A stretch of DNA of 64,000 bases from Sphaerodactylus townsendi (GCF_021028975.2 NC_059432.1:46562001-46626000); one strand, 5' to 3'; positions 37,856 to 49,850 are shown, counted from the first letter of the stretch. Notes: generated by a model not told the origin, from the letters alone. Numbers and translations are program-made.

Positions 37856-38619
37856 CATGAGCTCTCCTTTCTTTCTGACAAATATTATATTCTTTTATGG
37901 ATATCAATTTGACATTTGATAATATCTTCTGTACAAGGTTTTGGAACAAATTAAATTAGTTGGGAATTCCTAAACAGTTATCAGAGATTATTGTTTCTTC
38001 ACACATTTCTTTGCACACTTCAACTTCCATGAAAATGAGATGTCCCATAACTAGTATTTCTGAAACCCAGTCCTGGTTACAAGAAGAGTTAGACAGGGAT
38101 GTATTTTGGCCCTAGAATTATGTAAGCTTTACTTATATGATTTACCAAATAAATGAAGATGTTGTTCCGGTTACAGTATCAGGCAGATTCACACTAGCCT
38201 GACAAGGACCTTTGATCTCCGGATAGAGCAAGCCTAAATGCTTTGAATAAATTACACAAAGGAAGCAAGTGGCCAAATGGTTGGAGATCAGAGAAGTTGA
38301 ACTACCGGGTTGGGGGTGGGTAGGGGTGGAAATGAAGTTTAGCTGGGAACCAAGGGGAGAGAACAAAGGGATCCTGATCCAGGTCAGGCATGCAAAAGCA
38401 GCTCCTAACCCAGGTCTGCAACAAGACATGCTTGGAATGGTGCTGTAGATGAGAAATCTATGTATTAGAACATATTCTTATTTTCTGTTTTTCAATAAAA
38501 TCTTTGAAAAATTCAGTATTTGGAAAAAAGAACCCAGGATTTCTAAGACGGACATGGACCCCCTCACTCCTGGTCTTTTGACACCAACCATTCCCACATT
38601 CCTAGTTTAGCTACTCACT

Positions 38620-40080
38620 CAAAACCAATTCTACTTCATGAAGATAATGCAACTGTTCTTTCTTGCTTGCGCATAGGATTAAGAGATCGTCTTTAAGCTT
38701 TTCTTTTGTATTGTCATGGTAATTTGTTTACCGATAATTACGCCAAATCCAAAACACTGTGTTTTCAGAAATATCCATCACAAAGAACAGTAAACCCATG
38801 GGTTCTCGTTGGGCATAGGATTGAGCAAGTGTCCAATTTCAACTACTTAACCTTTCCTTTTGCCATTTACAATAAGTGGAAATGTCATTATTTTCATCTT
38901 CTTGACACTACCAATGTGCATTTAGATGCAGTTATGAGAGTCTTTCATCAGTCTAGTGGGCAATTTATTCCTTTTGCTCTGGAAGTCTATAAGGCAAAAA
39001 TCAGATCTTTTCTGCTATGTCGAAATCCAATTGGGTTTCCTGCTCTTTCCTTTAAAATGGTATTCCTACAATCAAAATTTCTATGTACCATCTTTCAAGC
39101 ATCTAATTGTTTTTCAAATTCCAACTTATATTTCGAGACTGGTCTTGATTCCATCAGGACAGCCAGTATACTGTAATGGTTAAAGGCAGGTGTACTCTAA
39201 TTGGAGAATCAGGTTTGATTCTGCTCTCCTCCACATGAGGCTGTTGCCCAAAACTGGAGAACTGGGTTTGATTCCCCACTCCTGTACATGAAATCTGTTG
39301 GGTGACTTTGGGCCAATCACAGTTGCTCAGAATTCTCTCAGCCACACCTGCCCCTGCTGTGGGGAGAGGAAGGGAAGGAGTTTGTAAACAGCTTTGAGAC
39401 TCCTTATGGTTGAGAAAAGTGGGGCAAAAATCCAAAACTTCTCCTCTTCTTGTTAGCAGGGAAAACTTTGGTGAAATTTAGATTTTTTGTCCTAGACCAA
39501 GATTTTCTTTCTGATTTTTAAAATGGACTGAGCTTAACCCTTTTGTGTCTTTTTGGATAAAAAACAATAGATTAAAGACTTTTAAGTTTATAGATTCTCT
39601 ATCCAAGTTTTTCTCCAGACCTCCCTTTAGTTATGAGTAAGATACTCATAGATTTAGAATGAATGAACCATTTTGAATTATGCAGTGATGCCAAAAAGAA
39701 ATATGACCCTCCTTCTGGGGACTGAGTATCCCAACCTTTTCACTGTTTCCAGATTATTCAAAACTCTGTTTCAACCTTTCTGAGACTTTGCTTCATGGCC
39801 AGACATAATGCTTTATCCCTCACCCTAGTATTTGGCAGATTCTCAGACAGTCCAATCAGATAGAGTCTGCTTGTGTGGAAAGGCAGAGAAACACCAATTT
39901 TTAAAAAATTCAGCTGTGATTTATATTCCCCTCCTTTTATTACTCTGTTGATCTCACACTTTTCAGTATGTTCACATGGTTATCATTTAATATACTTGCT
40001 GTATGGTAAAGATAAGGCTGTTGTCCTATCCATAGCTCATTATTTAATTGCTGCCTTGAAGATTTATGCAAAGCTATAAT
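38620..40080 (+). mobile_element. Degenerate non-LTR retrotransposon RT/C-terminal region (RTE-X/L2-like)
   Basis: Decayed YADD box (catgaagataatgca), then NYAKSKTLCF...IEQVSNFNYL (cf. IEQVxxFKYLG) and YKAKI in ORF 38706..39176; interrupted by a SINE. Confidence 0.7.
39160..39452 (+). mobile_element. Full-length Squam3-like SINE with duplicated B-box segment
   Basis: agccagt...ggttaa head, two ggtttgattc segments, ggtgactttgggc core, (CTT)n tail. Confidence 0.8.
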
Positions 40081-41490
40081 CAACTTATGCCTAAATGCTC
40101 ATTTGCATATAGGCACACATTTTACACTGGAACTCTATAATAGCGCAGATGCAATTGGAAAGGGTTTGAACTGAGGGATTTCTGCATCATATCATTTGAA
40201 AGATAAAAGCTGCATATTTTAGTACAATTACTGCTATTTCCCTGCTATATGCTGTGCTATAAGAATCTGTTGATTTTAAGTTTTAGGTATTTGTACGAAT
40301 AGCCACAGCTGAACTTATGGCTGAAGTGGATTCCCATAGATGCTCTTTGGAGCTGTTAATATCACAAATGTAAAAGTTCCTGTCTGGTTGAGTCAGTGTA
40401 TATTAATGTTCTCAAGAGAAGCATACCATAGGCATGTGCTATCAGTAATAAGCAGGGGTTTAGCATGCACCTATCAAGGACTTCTTGTGAAGCCCTGAGT
40501 ATTACCACTGTCTCCTTGTCAACTGAAACCAGGGCACACAGAGTCCTGGATGTAGCTTCACATTACTAGGGCTAGTCAAAACAGGAAATTTTAGCTTTTA
40601 CGAAAGGACAAAAGCTCCTTTTTATCCAAGAAGACACAAAAGGGTTAAGCTCATGTTTTAATTTTCCTGTACAGCCTACATACCATTGCTCCTTCTGTGC
40701 ATTGTCTGCTAGGCAGGATCAAATGTATGGAGTTTTCAGGCAGAAGTGGTGTTTATTCTTAAACCACCCATTCTAACACAAAACATCTGGCCCAAACACG
40801 AGGTTATGAGCCAGCCTCCCCTAAGTATGACAAAGTCAGGACTGTTCAGCGCAAGCTTACTTGTTTATTGATAGGAAGAATTGTTTCAGAGTTATTTCAG
40901 CCCTGGGCTTTAATCAAAGGCTCATTTGTGGCAGCTAGAAACAGTCCATTTTATGCTACCGACAGTGGTAAGTAAAAGTAAATAGAGGTGGTGGAAATAA
41001 ATGTGCAATATTATTTATGTGAATACCTTTCACATTTCTGTGGGTTTCAGCACCCTGGAAAAGCAAATTTGTTCATGTTTTCGTTTCCTAAGAGCAGATA
41101 AGAATCCCTTTCCATAGGGGGGAAAAACCCAGCATTTTGTTTTGCAGCTGGTGAGAAACCACATGAGTGAAACAAAATTACTAGGTTTGGTTTGTCCTAT
41201 TTATAGAGTAGCCAGACACTGGGAACAATTATAATGAAACCAGTAAATGAATGGATTTTGTCTTCTCACCTCTACTTGCCCCCTTCTCTAGCTTCTTTTC
41301 TGTCTCCTCATGTTGCTTCTTTCCTGTATTCTTTCCTGCAGTGAGAGAATACAAAAGAAGGAAGAGAGTTCTTTGGGTAGCCAGTGGCTGGGGACAGGAA
41401 ATTTTTTTTGAAGGTGGTAGATTCTTCAAAACAGTGCAGGTCAGTAATGAAAACATTGTTGAATATAATCTCTTGAGTCCTGTCATCAAA

Positions 41491-42393
41491 GGTTGATTCT
41501 GCACGGTCCAAATATCCCGGGTTGAGCAAGGGAAATATCCCTGTTTGGCCAAGAAGTTTTCCAGTCCTAAATTGGGTTTGTCCTGCAATATTTTACTCAT
41601 CCGGGGATTTTCAAAAATTCTTTTCAAAAATCCTGCAGTGAACCTGCTACCATACAAACACCATGGGAGCAGAAACAGATTGTTTTTCCTGCCCAGCCAT
41701 CTGATCTCCCTGCCCTGCTGCCCACCCCCTGAACTCCCCACCTGATGTCATGTCAGTTTTCAACTCTGCTGAGCTGTTCAACTCTCCACCGTCTGTTGCA
41801 GCCCACCCTTCCTGAAACATTTCCCCAAGCACGTTTTCTGCTCATGATACTGATCAGGTGCCATTTCGCCTGGGTTAATCAGGAGTGGAGTCCCCAAATG
41901 TTCCTGTTTTCTTTTCTGTACATGTGCTGGTTGTTTGGAGCACATAGCTAGGGGAATGTTAATTTGGGCTGAATGTTAGTGGGCATATCATGGGGGGGGG
42001 GAGTCTCTTGTTTTCCACAAAATTATGAGTGGGAATGTGATGTGATGCTGTGCCCCATTGTTTTTTTTATGCAGCTTGGCATGTTGAGGCCTGTACCGGG
42101 CCCTATCCAGAACTGGAAAGGGGGGGGGCTTTGTTTTCCCCCACTGCTGCCCCCAAGCAACAGCCAATAGAATGCGGGACACCAGGGATATTTGTGGATG
42201 CACGGATATGCTTATGGTATAAATACAAAAGACCTGGGCTTGTGTGAAACAAACTGGCGTATTTCCTCCTGATCTTCACTCAATTCCTTCACAGAAATGG
42301 GCAGCCATGTGAAGGGAGAAACCAGGATAAAATCGACCCGGATTGTAAGATACTGATTGTAACCAGGTATAATTGTGCCGTGCAAAAACGGCC
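41491..42393. mobile_element. 903-bp Harbinger-like non-autonomous element
   Basis: GGTTGATTCTGCACGG / CCGTGCAAAAACGGCC termini; AAA on both sides. Confidence 0.65.
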
Positions 42394-42457
42394 AAAATGA
42401 GTTATATGTTTTTGTGAAACTTCAGTTCTACGTTTGGGACATGGAATGGTATGATAT

Positions 42458-43072
42458 AACCTGATCTTGTCAAATCTTGGAAACTAAGCAGGGTCGGTCG
42501 ATCCTATAGAGCAGTGTTTCCCAACCTTTTCGCTGTTGCGGTACCCTTGACCTCGCTCTTCATATCTCAGGGTACCCTTGAGGTTCTTTTGAATTTTTTT
42601 GCATTTTGGGTTTTTTTTCCCCATTTTTGGCCGGTAGGTGGGGGGAGTGGCAAGCAAGGGGGGGGGGAAGGAAAGCAGCGTTGACAGCCCCGTTGTTTGT
42701 TTGCCTAAAGGAGAACTCCCTTTAAATCTACCCCCGTTGTTTGTTTGCCTAAAGGAGAACTCCCTTTAAATCTACCCCCCAATCCATGCCGAATTTAAGC
42801 AAATAAAACAATGCTGTTTTTCAATGTTGTTTAAAGGGAGCCCATGAGGCTTCCAATCCCCTCTTCAAAATCCAGGCGGTAGCATTGCGGGCAGGTGGTA
42901 GCATTGTCATGGTACCCCTGGGACATGCTCATGATACCCCAGGGTACCATGGAGCCCTGGTTGGGAATCACTGCTATAGAGGAAGACAATGGCAAATCAC
43001 TTCCACTTATCACTTGCATTGAAGGCCCTTTGCTTGGGTTGCCATAAGTCATTTGCAACTGGATCGCACATA
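42458..43072 (+). mobile_element. 5S rRNA-headed SINE with BovB/Sauria-type tail, split by a hAT insertion
   Basis: cctgatcttgtcaaatcttggaaactaagcagggtcgg (5S-like) and caatggcaaatcac...gggttgccataagtc tail. Confidence 0.7.
42512..42973. mobile_element. hAT (Charlie-like) MITE with internal ~44-bp tandem duplication
   Basis: TIR CAGTGTTTCCCAACC / GGTTGGGAATCACTG; perfect TSD CTATAGAG; duplication at ~42688-42779. Confidence 0.9.
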
Positions 43073-44043
43073 CAAAGATATAATTCTAAGCTCAGTAATA
43101 AATATGAGTAAAATGCCTCTCACGTAGGACTCTCTCCTCTCCTGCCGGTATATGCCACTGGTCGGACCTTTGTTGTAATATCCATTTAAAAAGATGGTGT
43201 GGCAACAGGGGGGAAATGTCAGTCAAATAAGAAGAGTAAAAATCTGAATAAACATTGTCAGCTTTATTATCATTAGCTTTTAGCAAGGGCCCTCAAAAAC
43301 CTGGATTCAAAATTTTCCTTACCCATGGATTTTTGCAAGGGACTCTCCCCAACTCCTCTAAACTGAAATAAATATTGCTTGCAACCCCCAGAAAGAAAAT
43401 TAATATTAAGAATTTTCCAGTCATCCAAGAAAAACAAATTAATAACATTATGGTTTTGCATTACAAAATGAAATATTAGGCTTTTTGATTTAACTGGACA
43501 GTGGTACAATCTAAAGCTAGAACAGTCTCATCATTCATTTATTAAAGGAAATTATATCATAAACAGCGGGGCGCTGAATCAATGAGTTTAACTATTTGGG
43601 GAAGTAAATAATCATTTATATTAAGTTTCTAGTGATGCAAACATTAGTTGTGGATTGCATTTGTCAGTAGGTGGAAAACTGACTTGAGACTTCCCATGGA
43701 GCAGAACTGTGAATTTTCCTAATATTGCATGCCTGAACTAGCCTTTCCACTGTACTACTAGCAGACTTTGCAGTGAGCTTAATCAGACACGCTATATCCC
43801 AAAATGAATTCTTTCATTGTTTTGGAAAATGAATTTACCCACTCCCTTCACTCCCAGAAGCTAGTGCTCACCGAGGAGCAACTTGCAATCAAATACCCGT
43901 ATCATTTACTCCCAAAAGGAGATTCTTGAAATGAGTTGATATTAGAAATTAGGTATACGGTCCTGGACCAACTGATCAAGACTACAGAACCAAATGAGGT
44001 ACAATTACTACAATAGATCATTATTAACTTTGGTAATTAAATG

Positions 44044-44370
44044 TGTGGAGAAGAGGAGATTGAGGAGTGATAGGGTTGTATGTATTTGAAGAGCTGTCAT
44101 TTATAGGAGGTTAGGGATCTGTTTTACTTGGTACCAGAGGTTAGGACTTGTAATGATATATTTTAATTATGTCTGGGGAGATATCTGCCAGATAGTAGGA
44201 AAAACATTTTAATGATGAGGGTGGTTCTGTAGTGGAATTGGTTGCCTAGGGATGTTCTGAGTTCTCTCTCCTTGGGCTAGTTTAAGTGGAGGTTGGATGA
44301 TTTGTCAGAGATGCTTTAGATAGTCCTAGATGGTGTCTGGGTCTTTCAACTTTTTCATTATATGATTCTA
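44044..44370 (+). mobile_element. CR1 LINE 3' fragment
   Basis: ggagaagaggagattgagg (EKRRLR), aggaaaaac...gtggaattggttgcctaggga (WNxLP) and atgattctat tail. Confidence 0.8.
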
Positions 44371-46112
44371 TTTGATAGTAACTTAGGAAGGTTATGGCAA
44401 CAACTTTTAACATGTTTAAACACAGGACAATACTGGATTCATTTCAGTTTTCTTTATACCTTTGCACCCTTTTTTTTGCTTCACAAGTCTTTCTCCTTCT
44501 TTCTCTCCAGAACATAACTGGTATGACTGCTGTGTCTTACCAATCAGCTGAAGGGATCAATATTTCCAGTGCTGGAAACTCCTTGACTGAACCTGTGTCT
44601 GTGGAAACAATTTTTTTAAAACAAAACTTTGCCCTTTTCTACAAATTTCTGACAGAGCTTGGCTTGTTTCACGGGAGTCTTGTTTTCTAAGTGTCCAGGA
44701 ATTAGCTAGAAACTAGCTATGTGTCAAGGCCTGTCTCGACACTGTGTACTAATTTCATAAATGCCATCTGAAGGCAACAGAATTGACAGTTGCTTCAGAC
44801 TATCTTTATGAGTCCAAACTCATGTAGGCTGAGAAAATCACCCAGATATTCAAAGCCCTGACCTACTGCATATTTAGTGAAATGAATTGCTGGAGTGAAT
44901 TCTGTACCAAAAAGTAGACTTGCACACTCTCAAGAAGCAACAAAATTTTTATGAGGGGTTCTTTTTACTAGTCTGCCAGTAGCTTGCACTTCTTGAGTTT
45001 ATAAAGTACAGAACTTTCCTTGATACTGCCTTCCTTTCTACTGAATCTTATCTGAGGTATTTCAGCTCCCTATCTAATCTTTTTCACATTACCCAAACCA
45101 GATTGTACAACATTTGATTCTGGGAATACCCTCCTTTTTTGTTCCAACAGACTAATATTGCAATTCTACTGAAATTATTTGTCAACTTTCTCTTATAGCA
45201 AGCAAGTTGTTATTTTGCTCAAGCTGAAATCAAATGCATGAAAACTACTCACCTTTCTGTAAAAACCATTTGAGCAAATGTAACACTTTGTTTCATTCTG
45301 CAATCTCTCTTTGCTTGTCTTTTCTAATTTTGTTATTAAACGTTGTAAATGACGTAAATATTACAGGTTAAAAACCCATATTTATTATGGTAAAATGAAA
45401 TTTTTGAACTGTGGAGAAACAATGAATTCCTAGTACCTTGGTTTACATGATGATAAAAGGATGCCTCTGTCACTGGATGATAAAATGACTTTTGAAGATG
45501 ACTCCACACTGATACTATAACAGTTATTTTGTTAAAAAGGAGAAAAATGGTATATATTCCAAACATTTTGTCACAACTTAGGAGTGTAGTTGTCTAAGAT
45601 TATGTATTGAAAATTTTATCTGTTTATTTTCTGCCCTTTTCAAATGGTTATTTATTGTTTATGCTTCTGTGCTGAAGAATGAGCCTTTAGATGAAATAGT
45701 GCAATGTAATATTTTTATTTGTTCAAATAGTTTGTTAGTATCATTTTTTATTAATTCTTGGGGTAGGGAAAACAATGACTTGTACAAGGTTATTTGTAAT
45801 GGTCACTTTTCAAGTGTTTCTGTTAGCAGAGTGAAACAGCAAATGATGGCTGAGTTTGCAGAGATGAAATTAGTTATCAATGAACTCACTTCTCAAGGGG
45901 TTGGCCCCACATGCTGAACTGCTACCCTGCTGCAGACTCTTCACTAGAAGAATGCTACTGGCTGCCACTGTGCGTTCTATCAACTCATTGCAAAACAGTT
46001 AGAGTACATATTGCTTTGAATGCTTTGGGTAGAAAATAAACAAAACCCCCTGCCACCATTCTTCTCTGGCCCTCACCACTGCCATTACTGCCACTGAAGA
46101 AAACTGTATGAT

Positions 46113-46250
46113 TGTTATGGGTTTTTCAGGCCGTGTGGCTGTGGTCTGGTAGATCTTGTTCCTAACATTTCACCTTCATCTGTAGCTGGCATCTTCAGAG
46201 GTGTATCACAGAGATAAGCCTGTTACACACTGTGTCTGTTACACACTGTG
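46113..46250 (-). mobile_element. Penelope-like element end, decayed
   Basis: Homologous to 47805-47877 (catctgt.gctggcatcttcagagg). Confidence 0.7.
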
Positions 46251-47804
46251 CATGATAATTTTGGTTTTACAGGCTGTTATTTTCTGAGGATTATCAGAAT
46301 TATAAATGTTAGTTTCTGTCAGCATGAAAACTCCATTTGATTGGCTTTTCTCTTTCTCCTGCATTTTGATGCTGAGAACTTTTATTCTCTTCCACTTACC
46401 TGACACCCAAAAAATGAATGTCATGCCATCTATAGTACAAAAGCTGAGATCTGACAAAGGAGAAGAAAAATTATGAATAATTCTGCATAGTTGCATTACC
46501 CACAATGGCAGCCACAGAGAGAAAACAAGCTCTCTCTCTCTCATCAAGCCCTCAGATCATCAATTAGGGCAATTACTTTATAAAAAAATACAGTATAAAG
46601 CATCTTGCCACTTTAGCATTCAGACCTCAGAAAAAACTAAAACCTGTATTAATATTTCCTACTAAAACATTCGTAGACCGTAAAGATCTAATTTGGACTG
46701 TGGAATTTCACACCGCAAATTCCAGATCAGTGCCGTACACACACTGTTACTAATCGGAGGCTTCCTTTCCACTCCTTACTTAGAAATATTTCCAGGACCT
46801 GAATATTCCCACCATCTCACCTTTGCACTGCTAGCTCACCTGGATCACTATTTCTTCCTTCCAAGCTCAGGAAAAGGGAAACTTATTATATTTGTTTTAA
46901 GTCTCTAGCCTTATCTGAAAAAATAATTTGTTTCCAAGTGTACCACCATTTTGTGAAAAGGAAAGCGCCATTCATGTCATATGTTACATGCCTCTGCTTC
47001 TTGTCTGTTCTCACTTTTGATCACAGCTTGCTTTGCTATTTAGCACTTCTGATCTGCTCCAAACATTTGAGGGCATTTGGGGTTGCCATAGAGCTGCTGC
47101 ACAGGTTACAATTTTTGTGGAAATATAAATTGGATCCAAACCATCACATGGGAAATATCTTCATGCCAATGGTGACTGGTCATAGAGATTTACAGCCCAA
47201 TCCAGATGATAGTGGGCAAATCTATTGTGGAATCAGGAATGCACCATGAGTGCCCACCTTACCAGTGTAAAGGGCAAATACGCTGATGGGATTGCCGAAT
47301 ATGCAGGTGGTGGACACAGTGTGGCTCTTCAGTGTGCAAACCTAGAAATCTGGGCTATGATGACATTTGTCAAGCACAAGATCTCATCCTGGAGGAGTGG
47401 AAGCAGTCTGGGGTTGCTTTCAGAGGCAGAGCCGAGTGTAGTCAACTGCCAAAAGACTTTCAGCCCATGAATGCTCCCATGCTGGTGGCAAAGTTTCATT
47501 TTGTAACTCAGTTGCTTCAATGGTTTGCTGGGTAGCAGGTCTTTCCCTCCATTTTTGCCTTTTCTATGCTGCCCTGGACCCCTTTGGAGGTTGTGGGGCT
47601 ACACCGCTGCTGTGCTATCCCCAGCTGCCATGCACTCCCCCCCCCCACCGAAAGCTTTTGGCCTGTGCAGAAATGGCCTATCATATCACATGTACCAGAT
47701 ATTCACTCAGAAACACATTAGTTACGGTACTGGGATAATGAATTAGTCGGTGATGTAACCTTAATTTCCACAGCCCGGAATCCGCCGTTGCTGTATATGG
47801 ACAG

Positions 47805-47900
47805 ACTGTATGGCCGTGTTCTAGCAGCATTCTCTCCTGACGTTTCGCCTGCATCTGTGGCTGGCATCTTCAGAGGATCATGATCATCCTCTGGAAGATC
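47805..47900 (-). mobile_element. Young Penelope-like element end with short inverted extension
   Basis: Reverse complement cctctgaagatgccagccacagatgcaggcgaaacgtcaggagagaatgctgctagaacacggccatacag; inverted tcctctggaagat at 47887-47899. Confidence 0.75.
47835..47877 (-). ncRNA. Minimal type-I hammerhead ribozyme motif
   Basis: UCCU-CUGAAGA-U-GCC(13-nt loop)GGC-GAAA-C-GUC-AGGA: both core boxes, stems I and II, palindromic ACGU in place of stem III. Confidence 0.75.
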
Positions 47901-48689
47901 CTATTAACTCTTTCACTAGAGTCATCCTCTAACTCAGGCTCCCTTTCTCGTCCATAATATATTTTTTGAGCTTTTGAGCTTTTTGATTCTTTTGTTTCAT
48001 CATGTTTAGCTATAGGTACACTCTGAGTAGTTACTATGGATATTTAACAGGTTACAAAAAAGTGAGTAGACAAATAATGGCTGAAATTAAACTGCAAAAT
48101 CTACATCTACCAGTTAATTTATGTATCGCCAACCCACCATTTTAAGTGAATATCCCTCGGACACCTCCACATCCCTAAAAACCTTCTTTAGGAAGATGCT
48201 GCTGGTCCTAACTTGGGATATTGCTGTTACCCTGGCCAGATGCAATGTTCTTCTCTCTATTAGATATAATAGAGAGTGCCACCTTATCTACTGACCGGTG
48301 AAATCAGCTGTAATTGCTCGAGGAGCGCTGTCACCACGTTCTCCATCGCCCTATATTGACACAGTGGAAAAACTACTCCAACCCTCTTATGGCTGGATTA
48401 GGCAGCCTGTAGATGTTGCCGAAACAAATTCCTGCTAGACAGCAGATTCAGCTACCATTCTTGGAACCAACTGCCGGATTTCTATTACTGTCATTACCGA
48501 GCGATTCCCAAGTATTTGGCAGACTACAATTTTAACTCAAGGCCAATATTTTTGCTTTTTATACATAATAGATCAAATAGATTTTAAATTAACTTAACTT
48601 CTGTTGGCATAACTGATATGCACCATTCAAGGGGTTTGTTTCAAATTAAGAATGTCCTGGTAAACTTGCTTGTGAGCTGTTGTGAGCTC

Positions 48690-48870
48690 CAGGATGGTAT
48701 AGCAGTTAACAGGTCATGCTATGACTAGTGAAATCTGGATTCCAACCTTTGCTCACCCATAAAGCTTACTGGCCTGTTTCTTTATCTCAGCCTAACATAC
48801 CTCACAGATAAAACAGAACAGAGAACAATGGACACCGTTCTAAGTTCCTTGGAGAAGTGTGGGATAAAAA
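48690..48870 (+). mobile_element. Old MIR/Squam3-like SINE
   Basis: ggatggtatagcagttaa head; ctcagcctaacatacctcacag core; gtgggataaaaat end. Confidence 0.6.
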
Positions 48871-49414
48871 TTTGATTCAGGATCATTAGTTGACAAATTA
48901 CTCATGTAAACTATCAATACAGTATTCCTTTAAGAAGTAAAGTCTCATCTGAGCATTTTGAAAAACTCTGTATCCACTGAGGGTGTGGACCGCTGGAGTT
49001 CAGGCTTCAGATTCCATAGATGGCTTCACTCCAAACCCTCTGGTGGTTGCCAAATACTTCAGGAAAAAGAGATGAATCATGACAAAGCAACAACAAACTT
49101 TATGAGGCTGTCTCTGTGCATCATAAAATAGCAGTAGAGGGCATAAGCAGTTCTATTCTCTAACCTAAACCTTGAGAAAGTTAAAGTTGTTTGGACTCTA
49201 TCAGAAATGTACAAATTTAAATTTTCCTTTTGTCAGTACTCCTAAAATCTTATTCTCCTTGCCTTTTCCTTAGCAAACACACACCCTAAATGAAATAACT
49301 CATTCAGAGTACATTTCATAAAAAAAAAAAAAAAGGTGTGGTGCGAAAATACTCCCAGCTAAGGTCACCTTTACAGAGTGATGAACAACTCTATATGAAT
49401 TTCAATGGGATTTT

Positions 49415-49850
49415 GCATAAACGGACTTCGCGTTTGCGCGCCTTTGTTTGGTGCTGGTTGAACGAACGGTCTTGCGGCAGGCACGGTGCGGGGCGGGGAT
49501 GGCGTTTGTTCTGGTTTCTCCGGTGGGATTGAGCGGGATGGCGCTCTGGGATGGGCGTTGAATGGCCGCGCGGCGCTTCGGTCAGCAGGTGGATGCGTAG
49601 AGCAATTCAGTACTTTTCGGAAGGGCGCTACGGACACGAGAAAAGTGAACAGTGCGATCGGGCGGGCGGCGTGATTTGGGACGGGGTTGCGTATGATGGC
49701 GTTGGTGGGTTGGGATGGGACGCGTGGTATACCAGTAGTGGCCTATTATTGCCACTAAAAAGATACCTAATTGGAATCTCTCCAATTTGTCCCATAAATA
49801 ACTTAGAGGCCGATTATCGCCGCGTCTCACGCCCTGCTTGGAGTTAAGAT
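49415..49850. promoter_or_regulatory. CpG-island-like putative promoter
   Basis: Dense CpG with no TIR/TSD or repeat match in the window; GC boxes (GGGGCGGGG, GGGCGGGCGG); GATGGCG YY1-like cores. Confidence 0.65.

Noticed and set aside
38706-39176. 156-aa ORF as a host gene
   Set aside because: Decayed LINE reverse-transcriptase remnant with a mutated catalytic box, interrupted by a SINE.
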